From positions 23,316-87,315 of IMG/VR virus record IMGVR_UViG_3300049926_000042: DNA of 64,000 bases. One strand, 5' to 3'. Position 1 is the stretch's first letter. Each line of letters opens with the position of its first letter. The translations under genes and the position numbers were made by a program. This document shows, one piece after another, positions 54,097 to 62,419 of the stretch. This DNA comes from a virus. Its lineage: Duplodnaviria > Caudoviricetes. A model generated the notes under the pieces. It did no database searches, was not told the origin of the DNA, and was given only the letters and a program-made list of their open reading frames with translations.

Positions 54097-55890
54097 TCAG
54101 ACCTTGGCTGCCGCGACTCCGGCACCAACATCACCGGAGACCTGGAAGGTGCAGAGGTACTTGCGGGACTCGTGACCGACCTTGGCGATCATGTGGGTCT
54201 CTTCGGCCCATGCCGCCGTGAAGTCGTTCTCCGCGTTGAGGACCGAGTCACGGACCACACCGAGGTCGAGGCTCATGCCCTGACCGTGGAGGAAGGTCCC
54301 GGCCGCGTAGACCAGGAAGTTGACCGTCACCGGCCAGGTCACCAGCGGGGTGGCCGAACCGGGCATGAGCGCGGCGCGTACCTGGTAGTCGCTGACCCAC
54401 TGGACACGGACACTCTCGTCGGTGAACAGACTGTCGATCTGCGCGTCCGAGACGGACAGAAGATCGAAGTTGTTGACACCGGGCTTCCACGCCAGGTCGG
54501 CGCGGATCGCGGAACGCACCCAGTACGGCATGACGACTTCGAGGACAGCGTCCTCGTCCATCGCGAACCGGTTGCGGTAGTCGGCCGCTGCCAGCGCGAC
54601 CGCATTCGGGATGCGAGAGGCTGCCGAGTTGGCGGTACCAGCGGTGACGGTGACACCGACCGTGGACCCAGCGTCCACCAGACCGATGAGACGTGCGTTG
54701 ATCGCGTGGGCGTAGGCCGCGCGCAGAAGACGCAGGAAGTTCTGCGTCTGCTCCGGGTAGGCGGAGTCCGTGAGGTTTCCGGCCGTCAGGGTGAGGCCGT
54801 ATGCCTCAAGACGCCCGGAGGTGAAGGTCGCACAGGGGACGCGCAGAGTCGGCTTGTTGACGGAGCCGGTCACGGTCGCCTGATCGTCGGCGTCCGACCA
54901 CAGCCACGGGTCGGAGGTGTTCGCGAAGCTGAATGCGAAGCCACCGAAACCAGAAGCCGGGTTGGAGCCACCGGCCTGGAAGAACACGTCACCGATGGCC
55001 GGGCTGACCGGCCACTGGAGGCCACCGCGAGTGACGCCGACGGTGGGGAGGTCGAGCGTGTGGGGAGCGTTTCCGGCGATGTTGAAGAAGTCGTACCGGA
55101 TCTCGTTCGGCGCACACCAGCCGCCACCTGCGGTCAGGGCCGGGAGGGCTTCCTCCCGCATCGCTTCGAGCATTTCGGCGATCACGAAATGGCCGGTGCG
55201 GTCGTCCGCCGTGTGGGCGAACTCGTTCTTGATGCTCGCGACCTTGTGACGCGGGGCCTCGCGCCCGAGGGCGGTGGCCGGGATGTTGTTCGCCTTGTCC
55301 ATGAACGCCTGAGCCAGCGCCTCCATGGAAGTCAGCGGCTGACCGTTGCCGGAGGCGGTGATCGTCTCCTTGGACACGGCGGGGACGTCGGGCTTAGGAG
55401 CGATCTTGGCCGTCGCTCCGAGGGAGGCGACCATACGCTGCGTAGCGTCGTTGACATCGAGGCCTGAACCCCTGCGGTCCCCGAGCACCTTGACCAGAGC
55501 GGTCATCGTGCCTCGGGCTGCGGCGGCGGCCAGCGCCTCGTCACGGTCCAGCTCGGTACGAGTCGCGGCAGCAGCTGCCTCGGGGGATCCTTCGGCCGGA
55601 CCGTTGATGGACTCGTTGATCTCGTTCATCACCCGCTCGGCCTTGAGCTTTGCGGAAGCGGCTTCGGTCGTGGCGCGGACCTCACGGGCCGACAGCTCGG
55701 CCTTGATCCGGTTCAGGTGATCGCGCAGCTCGAAGCTGTACGCGAGATCCTGCTCGGTGTAGTTCCCCGGACCCTTGTCGCGGATCTCGTTGAACGATTC
55801 GAGCACGCGGGTGTGCAGCTCGGACAGTTCGAGGTCACCGACGTTGATCAGGTCACCCGGGACGGTAAGACGGTCAGACGGCTCGGGCAC
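54097..55890 (-). CDS. Major capsid protein with N-terminal scaffold-like domain
   Basis: GTG at 55890 with GGAGGT RBS; helical N-terminus, then LTAGGGWCAPNEIRYDF...RGGLQWP. Confidence 0.85.
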   Translation of the reverse strand: MPEPSDRLTVPGDLINVGDLELSELHTRVLESFNEIRDKGPGNYTEQDLAYSFELRDHLNRIKAELSAREVRATTEAASAKLKAERVMNEINESINGPAEGSPEAAAAATRTELDRDEALAAAAARGTMTALVKVLGDRRGSGLDVNDATQRMVASLGATAKIAPKPDVPAVSKETITASGNGQPLTSMEALAQAFMDKANNIPATALGREAPRHKVASIKNEFAHTADDRTGHFVIAEMLEAMREEALPALTAGGGWCAPNEIRYDFFNIAGNAPHTLDLPTVGVTRGGLQWPVSPAIGDVFFQAGGSNPASGFGGFAFSFANTSDPWLWSDADDQATVTGSVNKPTLRVPCATFTSGRLEAYGLTLTAGNLTDSAYPEQTQNFLRLLRAAYAHAINARLIGLVDAGSTVGVTVTAGTANSAASRIPNAVALAAADYRNRFAMDEDAVLEVVMPYWVRSAIRADLAWKPGVNNFDLLSVSDAQIDSLFTDESVRVQWVSDYQVRAALMPGSATPLVTWPVTVNFLVYAAGTFLHGQGMSLDLGVVRDSVLNAENDFTAAWAEETHMIAKVGHESRKYLCTFQVSGDVGAGVAAAKV

Positions 55891-55949
55891 GGTAACCTCC
55901 GACGGATGAGCCGGTACGAGCAGAGCAATGGACGTAGATCTTCGGGCGC

Positions 55950-55978
55950 AAGGTAGCACCGAAATTCCAGAACTCCAA
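55950..55978 (-). promoter_or_regulatory. Possible capsid promoter
   Basis: TTGGAG-17 bp-TACCTT on the - strand, downstream of a hairpin at about 56041-56080. Confidence 0.35.
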
Positions 55979-56127
55979 AGATCGTTGATCTTCGATTCGG
56001 CCCGATTAAATCACTGGTCAGAGCCATGCGGACAGCACCGCGCCCCGTCTGGCGAACGAGGAGGAACACCAGACGGGGCGCGGACAGGGCCCCGGACTGC
56101 GGCAACGGAACCCCGGTCAGAGAGGGA

Positions 56128-56226
56128 CTACTCGGCCGCTTCCGGGCCGCCGATCGGGGCCGGAGGAGGCGGGGGCGGGGGAGCGGGCTGGTTGCATCCA
56201 CAACCCAGCTCGATGACTACTCGCAT
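56128..56226 (-). CDS. Tiny CGC/Pro-rich peptide
   Basis: MRVVIELGCGCNQPAPPPPPPP...; 32 aa, starts just after the protease stop. Confidence 0.35.
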   Translation of the reverse strand: MRVVIELGCGCNQPAPPPPPPPAPIGGPEAAE

Positions 56227-56228
56227 GA

Positions 56229-59200
56229 TCATTCACTCCCTTCGGTGATCTGCCGGAAAAGATCGTCCATGACGATCTTATACGCCTGTGCCCGGACCTC
56301 GTCCTCGGACAGTCCGTGGGAGACCGTGAGCTGACCAGCGGCGATGAGAGACTGAAGCTCGCCGGAGGCCACACGTGCCTGCATTTTCGGCACCGGGAAT
56401 CCGGGCACGTTGACCCCGAGCAGACCGACCAGCCGGAGCTTCCCACCGATCCTGCGCCAGTCGCCGGACACCTGGCCGGACGCCCTCAGCTCGTGAACCA
56501 GCAGAGGGTCGGCGTTCGCCCGGATGGCACCGGCCACCCAGATACCGTGCGAGTCGTTGCCGACAGTGACGTCGGCCACCGCATAGCCGGTGTTGTCGTA
56601 GTGTTCGGCAGCGGGCTGTGCCTTCATGCTCGTGGACGGGTGACCGGTGTGCACGGTGATCTGGCCGACCGCGACCGGAGTGCCGTCGTTCGTCGACATC
56701 TCGCCGGTCATGAAGTACGGGTGTTCGTCCTCGCGCGGAGGCTGGACGCATGTCCCCGTCTGACCGATGTGACAGGACCCCCACTGCGCGGCGTGTCCGT
56801 AGACTCGCCCCTCGTCGGTGATCTGGATACCGACCGGCATGCTGAGCTGAGGATTGGCGAACCACTCGGCCGGGGGCTTCCACGTCGGGCCACCGTGAGC
56901 GGTCAGGGAAACCGTCAGGCCATCGAGTGTGCGCTTGCGATCCCCCTGATCCTGGACCAGTTCAGGGTGAGTCTGGCCAGCCGCCACAACAGCACCCTCA
57001 TCGTCTGTGAGCGCGATGTAGGCCTCGACGAACGCCGGAATATCGCACAGTGTGGCCGCTCGGATCCGGCCCCCGTGGTAGACCACCTTCTCGGGCTGCG
57101 CGAACAGCATCTCGAAGATGTCTCCCTCATCGGTGCCGTCGCTCGCGTTCTCCGGCCAGACGAACTCGATGTCAGCGTTGCTGATGTCATCGGCGTCGAT
57201 CGAGATGCCGCGCAGGAAGCCCTCTCCCACGCGCCGGTGAGCCTCGACTCCGTCGGGGTGCCCGAGATCGAAGACTCCCGAGGCCATGATCAGGCCGTTC
57301 TCGCGCCAGACCTTGTCGATCCGGCCGACGTTGACCGCCACCGTGTGGGGCTCCCCGCCGTGGCTGTCTTCCTTGTTCCAGCGGAGTGCCATCTCACCGG
57401 GGGCGATGTCTTCCGGCCAGTCGAGAGCACCGGGGGCGAACTCCCGGCCGTCGCCGGTCGCCTTCCCCTCAGGGAGTAGGGGGCCGTTCCATCCGGCAGT
57501 CTTGGCTGACGCATTGGGCGACTTGATCGCGCCGCACTCGCCGGTGGCCGGATCAAGCTCCATGTTCGGAGGGCAGTCCTGCGCGGCCATAGCCGCACCC
57601 CAGGTGATCGTGTCGTACCCGTCCTCCAGCGCGAACGCTGCCACTTCGTCGTCCGTGGCCTTCAGGTTGTCGGGCACCGGCTTACCGGTCGACCGGTAGT
57701 GACCACGAAGATGGGACTTTGCGCGAGCGACAGCTGCCGGATCACGTCCAGAGAGCTGGTTGGACCGTCCGGCCGCCGCTGCGAGTCCGTCCTCGTTGAG
57801 AGCGCCGCCGGGGTCGTGATGCGGCAGGAAGCACCTGGTCTTGACCGGCTCCGGACCAGCGTCGCACGCTGCGGTGGCCCTCTTGTATTCGTCGTCGGTG
57901 AACTTCGACGTCGAACCGTCCCAGGCTGCCGTGACGGTCTCGCCGAACAGGAAGTGTTCGGTGGTGTCCGAGCAATTCTCGCAGCCGTCGTACGCGTACT
58001 GGTTGACCTTCTTGCGCTTGTCCTTCTTGGTGCCCGGGTTCGGCTTGCCACCCAGGTCTTCAGTCACTGTGCTCATGCCTTCCTCCTGTACGGCAGCACT
58101 GGCGGATTGCCCGCCTCCCCAGACGGCGATCATCGTACCCCGGCATCTCGGACCGCCTGCACAACCGGCGTATCCGCCGGACGGGTAGGCGTCTTTCGCG
58201 TCGGTCAGGGTGGTGAACTCCGTACCGTCGATGTCGGTACAGGGCTTGCAGGTGTTCTTGTCCAGGGCTTCGCTCGCGTAGTACGAGGCTGACGGGGCCA
58301 CGGTGAGCACAGCCATCCGGCCAGCGTTCTGAGCGGCCGACATGGCGGCCCCGATAGCTTCTCTCGGACCGGCGTCCGAGAGAGCCTTCAGGCTGTCATC
58401 GACGGTACCGGCCACTTCCCGGCCAGACTTGTTCAGCCCGATCAAAGACATGACCTTGCTGGTCGCCGACCGGACCATGCCGAGTCCGAGATTCTTGGCG
58501 GTGAGCTTGGACACCGACGTCAGGACATCGAGAGCAGACGACGCGAGGACAGTGTCCAGATCCCAAGCAGGGACCTTCACACCTTGATGCTCGGCCTCAC
58601 GCTGCATCTCCTTACCGGCCAGATCAGCCAGCCGACGCATGTGTTTGATCAACAGACGTTCGGTGTCGTCGGTGCTCACGGCCAGCTCTGTGAGATACCC
58701 GGGATGATCAGCGTCCATGGCTTCCGTGATCTGCTGCCTAAGCTCAGATCGCTGATCAGCCTCGATCCGGACGTAATCGCCCATCATGCCGGTCACAGCG
58801 GACTTCCACTGCTTGTCGACCATGGCGAAGTCGATCCGGCTGCTGGTCTCGATGTCGGTCGGGAGCCGATGCATGACGCCACCGGCCGTGAGTGACGCAC
58901 TCTCCGGGCCCAGCGGGATGTCGTGATCTTCGTCACCGAAGCTCACTCGGATCCGGTCGAACGTCACCGGTCCAAGACGCTTCTCCAGCTCTTTGGACAG
59001 CGTTAGATCATCGGTGTACGCTGCACAAATATAGGCTGCCCACGGAGTGTGCTGCTGCGGAACGTCCGGGTGATAGTGCGTACTCTCCAACGCCTCAACC
59101 GCGATCGACTTGGCCCGGATGAGGGGATCACTGCTGCCGTCGGGCTTGTCGCCGACGTTCCACACCCAGCTCGCGCTGTCACCGCCACCGTTCCAGTGAG

Positions 59201-59552
59201 CGATGCCGAAGACGTTGGCGGTGATCGGTCCGTCGATCTGAAGAGCGGCCAGCGCGGTGAGAATGCCGATCATCTCTCCCCGGGAGTTGTCGTCCCAGCC
59301 GGAGACATCATCGCCAATGAAGAACAGCGTCAGGTGAAGATCAGCTGCCTTCTCACCGCCGCGCATCGCGAGACGCTTGGCGTCCTCGACCGTCGGCATG
59401 AGAGCAATCATCCCGCCGGACAGATGGGATCCGCTCGCGTCGAATACCGCCGATCGGCGGCCGTGGGCATGCTGGACGTGCCTGCCACGCTGGTGCAGCT
59501 CGGCAATATGGGGTCGGGCGGTCCGGTTTTCAGACTCGAACTCGGGAGCCAT
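56229..59552 (-). CDS. Fusion of a 2H phosphoesterase-like domain, a MuF-like head protein and a capsid maturation protease/scaffold
   Basis: GGMIALMP...LHLTLFFIG (2H); TCKPC..IDG...YP.GGY..C.GG.RCRG (MuF-like); TGDGREF, GISIDAD and HGIWVAG (protease-like region). Confidence 0.7.
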   Translation of the reverse strand: MAPEFESENRTARPHIAELHQRGRHVQHAHGRRSAVFDASGSHLSGGMIALMPTVEDAKRLAMRGGEKAADLHLTLFFIGDDVSGWDDNSRGEMIGILTALAALQIDGPITANVFGIAHWNGGGDSASWVWNVGDKPDGSSDPLIRAKSIAVEALESTHYHPDVPQQHTPWAAYICAAYTDDLTLSKELEKRLGPVTFDRIRVSFGDEDHDIPLGPESASLTAGGVMHRLPTDIETSSRIDFAMVDKQWKSAVTGMMGDYVRIEADQRSELRQQITEAMDADHPGYLTELAVSTDDTERLLIKHMRRLADLAGKEMQREAEHQGVKVPAWDLDTVLASSALDVLTSVSKLTAKNLGLGMVRSATSKVMSLIGLNKSGREVAGTVDDSLKALSDAGPREAIGAAMSAAQNAGRMAVLTVAPSASYYASEALDKNTCKPCTDIDGTEFTTLTDAKDAYPSGGYAGCAGGPRCRGTMIAVWGGGQSASAAVQEEGMSTVTEDLGGKPNPGTKKDKRKKVNQYAYDGCENCSDTTEHFLFGETVTAAWDGSTSKFTDDEYKRATAACDAGPEPVKTRCFLPHHDPGGALNEDGLAAAAGRSNQLSGRDPAAVARAKSHLRGHYRSTGKPVPDNLKATDDEVAAFALEDGYDTITWGAAMAAQDCPPNMELDPATGECGAIKSPNASAKTAGWNGPLLPEGKATGDGREFAPGALDWPEDIAPGEMALRWNKEDSHGGEPHTVAVNVGRIDKVWRENGLIMASGVFDLGHPDGVEAHRRVGEGFLRGISIDADDISNADIEFVWPENASDGTDEGDIFEMLFAQPEKVVYHGGRIRAATLCDIPAFVEAYIALTDDEGAVVAAGQTHPELVQDQGDRKRTLDGLTVSLTAHGGPTWKPPAEWFANPQLSMPVGIQITDEGRVYGHAAQWGSCHIGQTGTCVQPPREDEHPYFMTGEMSTNDGTPVAVGQITVHTGHPSTSMKAQPAAEHYDNTGYAVADVTVGNDSHGIWVAGAIRANADPLLVHELRASGQVSGDWRRIGGKLRLVGLLGVNVPGFPVPKMQARVASGELQSLIAAGQLTVSHGLSEDEVRAQAYKIVMDDLFRQITEGSE

Positions 59553-61341
59553 TCGCCCTTCCCTTCCGGCTGAGCACAGTCGTACCGGTAGGGATCCACC
59601 CGGTCGTGTCGAGATAGGGCACGGATGCCCCAACGGTGAACTGTCCGAGCGTGCCCAGTCGGCACTCGTACGTGCCGGTGGCCAATCTGGTCAGATGAGC
59701 GTCCTCGGCCGCATGGGTGAACGGGCACCCGTAGGCGTTGTTCCGGCACAGAGGAGGGTGCAGAAGTGTCGGCGGCCGGGTGCCACTGAAGCGGACCGCA
59801 TGCGGGGCACGGAGCTGATCCAGCACATGATCACTCGTCACCTTCGGCGGGCTACCGGAAGGTGGCTTCCCCGACGGAGGCGTTTGGCCGGGCGGAGCAG
59901 TGCCCGGCGGACCGGCCGTCCCGGGCGGGGGAACTGTCTCGTTCTGGGGATTGACGGGGTTGCCACCGGACGCAGGCTCACTGGCCACGGGCTGCTTGAG
60001 GACTGTCTTCCCGAGCAGGGCGTCCAGAGCAGACGACGCCAGAGCAGGCATCTTGAGAAGTGCCTTGAGGGCCATCTCCTCAAGTTCCTTGTCGTCCGGC
60101 TTGTCGTCCTCGTCGAACCCGCCCTCGCGGCGCAGTGCCTCGCCGGACAGCTCGAACTTGTCGTACGCGTCCTGCGCGTTGGTGCTCCGGTCGGGCCGAA
60201 TGGCCAGCTCGGACATGTCGTACCAGACGACCCATTGCCCAATGTCTTTCTCACCGGATGCAGCGAGACGAGGCTGAAGATACCCGCGCGTGAGGGAGTC
60301 ACAGATGAGTTCGGCCATCGGAGCGATGTGGGTCTTCAGTGCACCCTCGTCGAGCTGCCAGGCTGTCCAGTGGTTGACCTTGCCCATGCCGGTGAGTACT
60401 TCGGTCGGGATGTCCAGCTTGGTGGCGAGACGGTCGATCGCGCTGTTCCGCTTCTCGATCACCTTCTCGTCGATCTTGAGAGTGAAGTCGTGAAACTTGA
60501 TCTTGTCTGCCAGGTCGGCCGGTACCCGCATGAGAAGAGGCACGATCGCAGATGCAGTGCCCGGACGTCCGATCGCCTCTGCGGCCAGTTCGACCCATTC
60601 GGCAGACATCGGATCGGGCTCGTCGGCGAACTCTTCTCGGACCGGGAAAGAAGCCTCTTCCGGGATGACGTACACACCGGCCGACGCAAGACGAGACAGA
60701 TACTGAGCGATGATGTGCCGGTTGACCAGATCAAGCTCACGCATGATCGGGCGTGCCGACCGGGCCGGGGAGTCGGCTACGTGATAGAACCTGGCATGCG
60801 GACGCCAGACGCGAACCACGAGGGACTCTGATTCGAGATCGACCCAGGTCACATTGGGGATCCGGCCGCCGACCACCTGAAACTTACCGGACGTCGCTCG
60901 GACCTCTTCAGCAGATCTGACCATCCAACTGTATGTGTCACCGATCTGCTCGCCGATCAGATATCCCTCGCCGGGCACAGAGAGCTGCGTCACGAGACCG
61001 CGCATCATCTGTGCCTGACCTCCGACTCCACCGGCCAGATCCTTGAGAAGCTTCGCGGCCATGGCGTCCGGCGGAACGTCTGAGATCGAAGGCTCGTCCA
61101 GATCGGGGTCGAGACGTGCCGCCCGCAGGCGGACCCGGCTCATCATGTTGGACAGCCAGACGATCCCGAAGTTGAATTCTCCCAGCTCATCGTAGAAATC
61201 CCAGGCCTCGCGCTGCCAGGAATCCGGAGTCTTGAGCAGCGGGGAGCGAGGCTGCGCGACGATGGATGCGGCAGCCGTCAGTGCCGGAGGCTCGGGCGCA
61301 GAGGGCTGCTGTCCGAACCCGAGCGCGTGATACCAAGCCAC
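59530..61341 (-). CDS. Portal protein
   Basis: WQREAWDFYD..GE...W.SN..SRVRL, VPGEGY, VWRPH...DSP and LDIPTEVLTG...NHW..W. Confidence 0.85.
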   Translation of the reverse strand: MAWYHALGFGQQPSAPEPPALTAAASIVAQPRSPLLKTPDSWQREAWDFYDELGEFNFGIVWLSNMMSRVRLRAARLDPDLDEPSISDVPPDAMAAKLLKDLAGGVGGQAQMMRGLVTQLSVPGEGYLIGEQIGDTYSWMVRSAEEVRATSGKFQVVGGRIPNVTWVDLESESLVVRVWRPHARFYHVADSPARSARPIMRELDLVNRHIIAQYLSRLASAGVYVIPEEASFPVREEFADEPDPMSAEWVELAAEAIGRPGTASAIVPLLMRVPADLADKIKFHDFTLKIDEKVIEKRNSAIDRLATKLDIPTEVLTGMGKVNHWTAWQLDEGALKTHIAPMAELICDSLTRGYLQPRLAASGEKDIGQWVVWYDMSELAIRPDRSTNAQDAYDKFELSGEALRREGGFDEDDKPDDKELEEMALKALLKMPALASSALDALLGKTVLKQPVASEPASGGNPVNPQNETVPPPGTAGPPGTAPPGQTPPSGKPPSGSPPKVTSDHVLDQLRAPHAVRFSGTRPPTLLHPPLCRNNAYGCPFTHAAEDAHLTRLATGTYECRLGTLGQFTVGASVPYLDTTGWIPTGTTVLSRKGRANGSRVRV

Positions 61342-61401
61342 GATGACCTCCAGCTCTCAGCTGGGGTCAGAGTACAGGCGATCAACGAAACGCTTGAACG
61401 A

Positions 61402-61860
61402 TCACGGTGAGCCGGTGATAAAGGCGTCGCACTCCAGAGCCTTGTACCCGGCCTTGATCACCACGAAAGCATGATCGTACTTGGCCGGATCCGGGGCTGC
61501 TGCTCGTGCCTTGTCCGACTTGCTGTCCAGGAAGACCTGATACAGCGGGCAGAGAGCTTTCTGGCGTTGGACAGTTTGAGCTGTGTCCAGGCGCTGAGTG
61601 AGAGCGTCGATCCGGTGAGTGTTGGAGTTCATCCCGGCCAAGGCGAAAGCGATCACTACGGTAAGGACGACGTCCAGCAGGCCACCGGCTATGGAGATGA
61701 ACGCCAGTCTGCGGTTCGTCTTGGCCCTGTGCGTCAGAGAGACAAGCTGTTGACCGGAATCCTCGGACAGCTCTTCGACCTCGATCGCGAGGGCACCGGC
61801 CAACTCGATCAGCCGGTCAATCCGAGCCCTGTCCGTACTGGGTTCCTTCTCCTCGGACAT
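61402..61860 (-). CDS. Single-TM membrane protein
   Basis: Hydrophobic ISIAGGLLDVVLTVVIAFALAG followed by a coiled coil and LC...C. Confidence 0.55.
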   Translation of the reverse strand: MSEEKEPSTDRARIDRLIELAGALAIEVEELSEDSGQQLVSLTHRAKTNRRLAFISIAGGLLDVVLTVVIAFALAGMNSNTHRIDALTQRLDTAQTVQRQKALCPLYQVFLDSKSDKARAAAPDPAKYDHAFVVIKAGYKALECDAFITGSP

Positions 61861-62047
61861 CTTCGTCTCCCTCGACCACGAGTCGATCCTTCGTGTCCAA
61901 CTGATCCTGAGCTTCAACGCGGAGAGATCTTACTTCCGCCATCAGCTCTTCAGAGAACGTCTCCAATCTGGTGGCGGTCTTCAGCAGTTCGTCACGGAGC
62001 CTTTCGGACTCGGCGATCAGCCGGTCCACTGGGGACAGATGGGCCAT
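61817..62047 (-). CDS. Small coiled-coil protein
   Basis: Heptad pattern; lies between two membrane genes. Confidence 0.45.
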   Translation of the reverse strand: MAHLSPVDRLIAESERLRDELLKTATRLETFSEELMAEVRSLRVEAQDQLDTKDRLVVEGDEDVRGEGTQYGQGSD

Positions 62048-62052
62048 GTGGA

Positions 62053-62346
62053 TCAACTCCTGCGGATGGCCGCGAGAGCGTCGGCGACAGCTCGGTTGGC
62101 ATCCTGGATGGCATGGGCCGAGGCACCCAGAGCAGTGACGTATTCAGTTCTGATGGCCTCGTTGAGCTTGCGTAGCTCTTCTTCGAGCCGGTCTGCTCGT
62201 TCACGCTCGCGGTCCGTCTGGGCGGACACACGGTTGAACAGAATTCTGACGGCTGCGAGAGACATAAGAGCGATCACTCCTATGGCCCCGTACTGGAGCA
62301 GTACGTTGCTCACAGGGTCTGCCACTGCCATCGGCATGGGGCGCAT
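62053..62346 (-). CDS. Membrane protein, holin-like (start uncertain)
   Basis: LLQYGAIGVIAL TM helix followed by RERERADRLEEEL coiled coil. Confidence 0.5.
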   Translation of the reverse strand: MRPMPMAVADPVSNVLLQYGAIGVIALMSLAAVRILFNRVSAQTDRERERADRLEEELRKLNEAIRTEYVTALGASAHAIQDANRAVADALAAIRRS

Positions 62347-62363
62347 TGTGTCACGACATGGCA

Positions 62364-62394
62364 AGGCCCCCGGGTGGATCGGTCCCGGGGGCCT
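62364..62394 (-). terminator. Hairpin after the TROVE gene
   Basis: 11-bp inverted repeat AGGCCCCCGGG / CCCGGGGGCCT. Confidence 0.55.
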
Positions 62395-62419
62395 GCGGCC
62401 CGGATAGGCAATGCCCAGG

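Noticed and set aside
18718-61475. Long opposite-strand or alternate-frame ORFs (e.g. 18718-20382 -, 39720-42053 +, 43216-45078 +, 54172-55467 +, 59377-60831 +)
   Set aside because: These are shadow ORFs typical of high-GC coding DNA; they lack motifs and RBSs and overlap well-supported genes.
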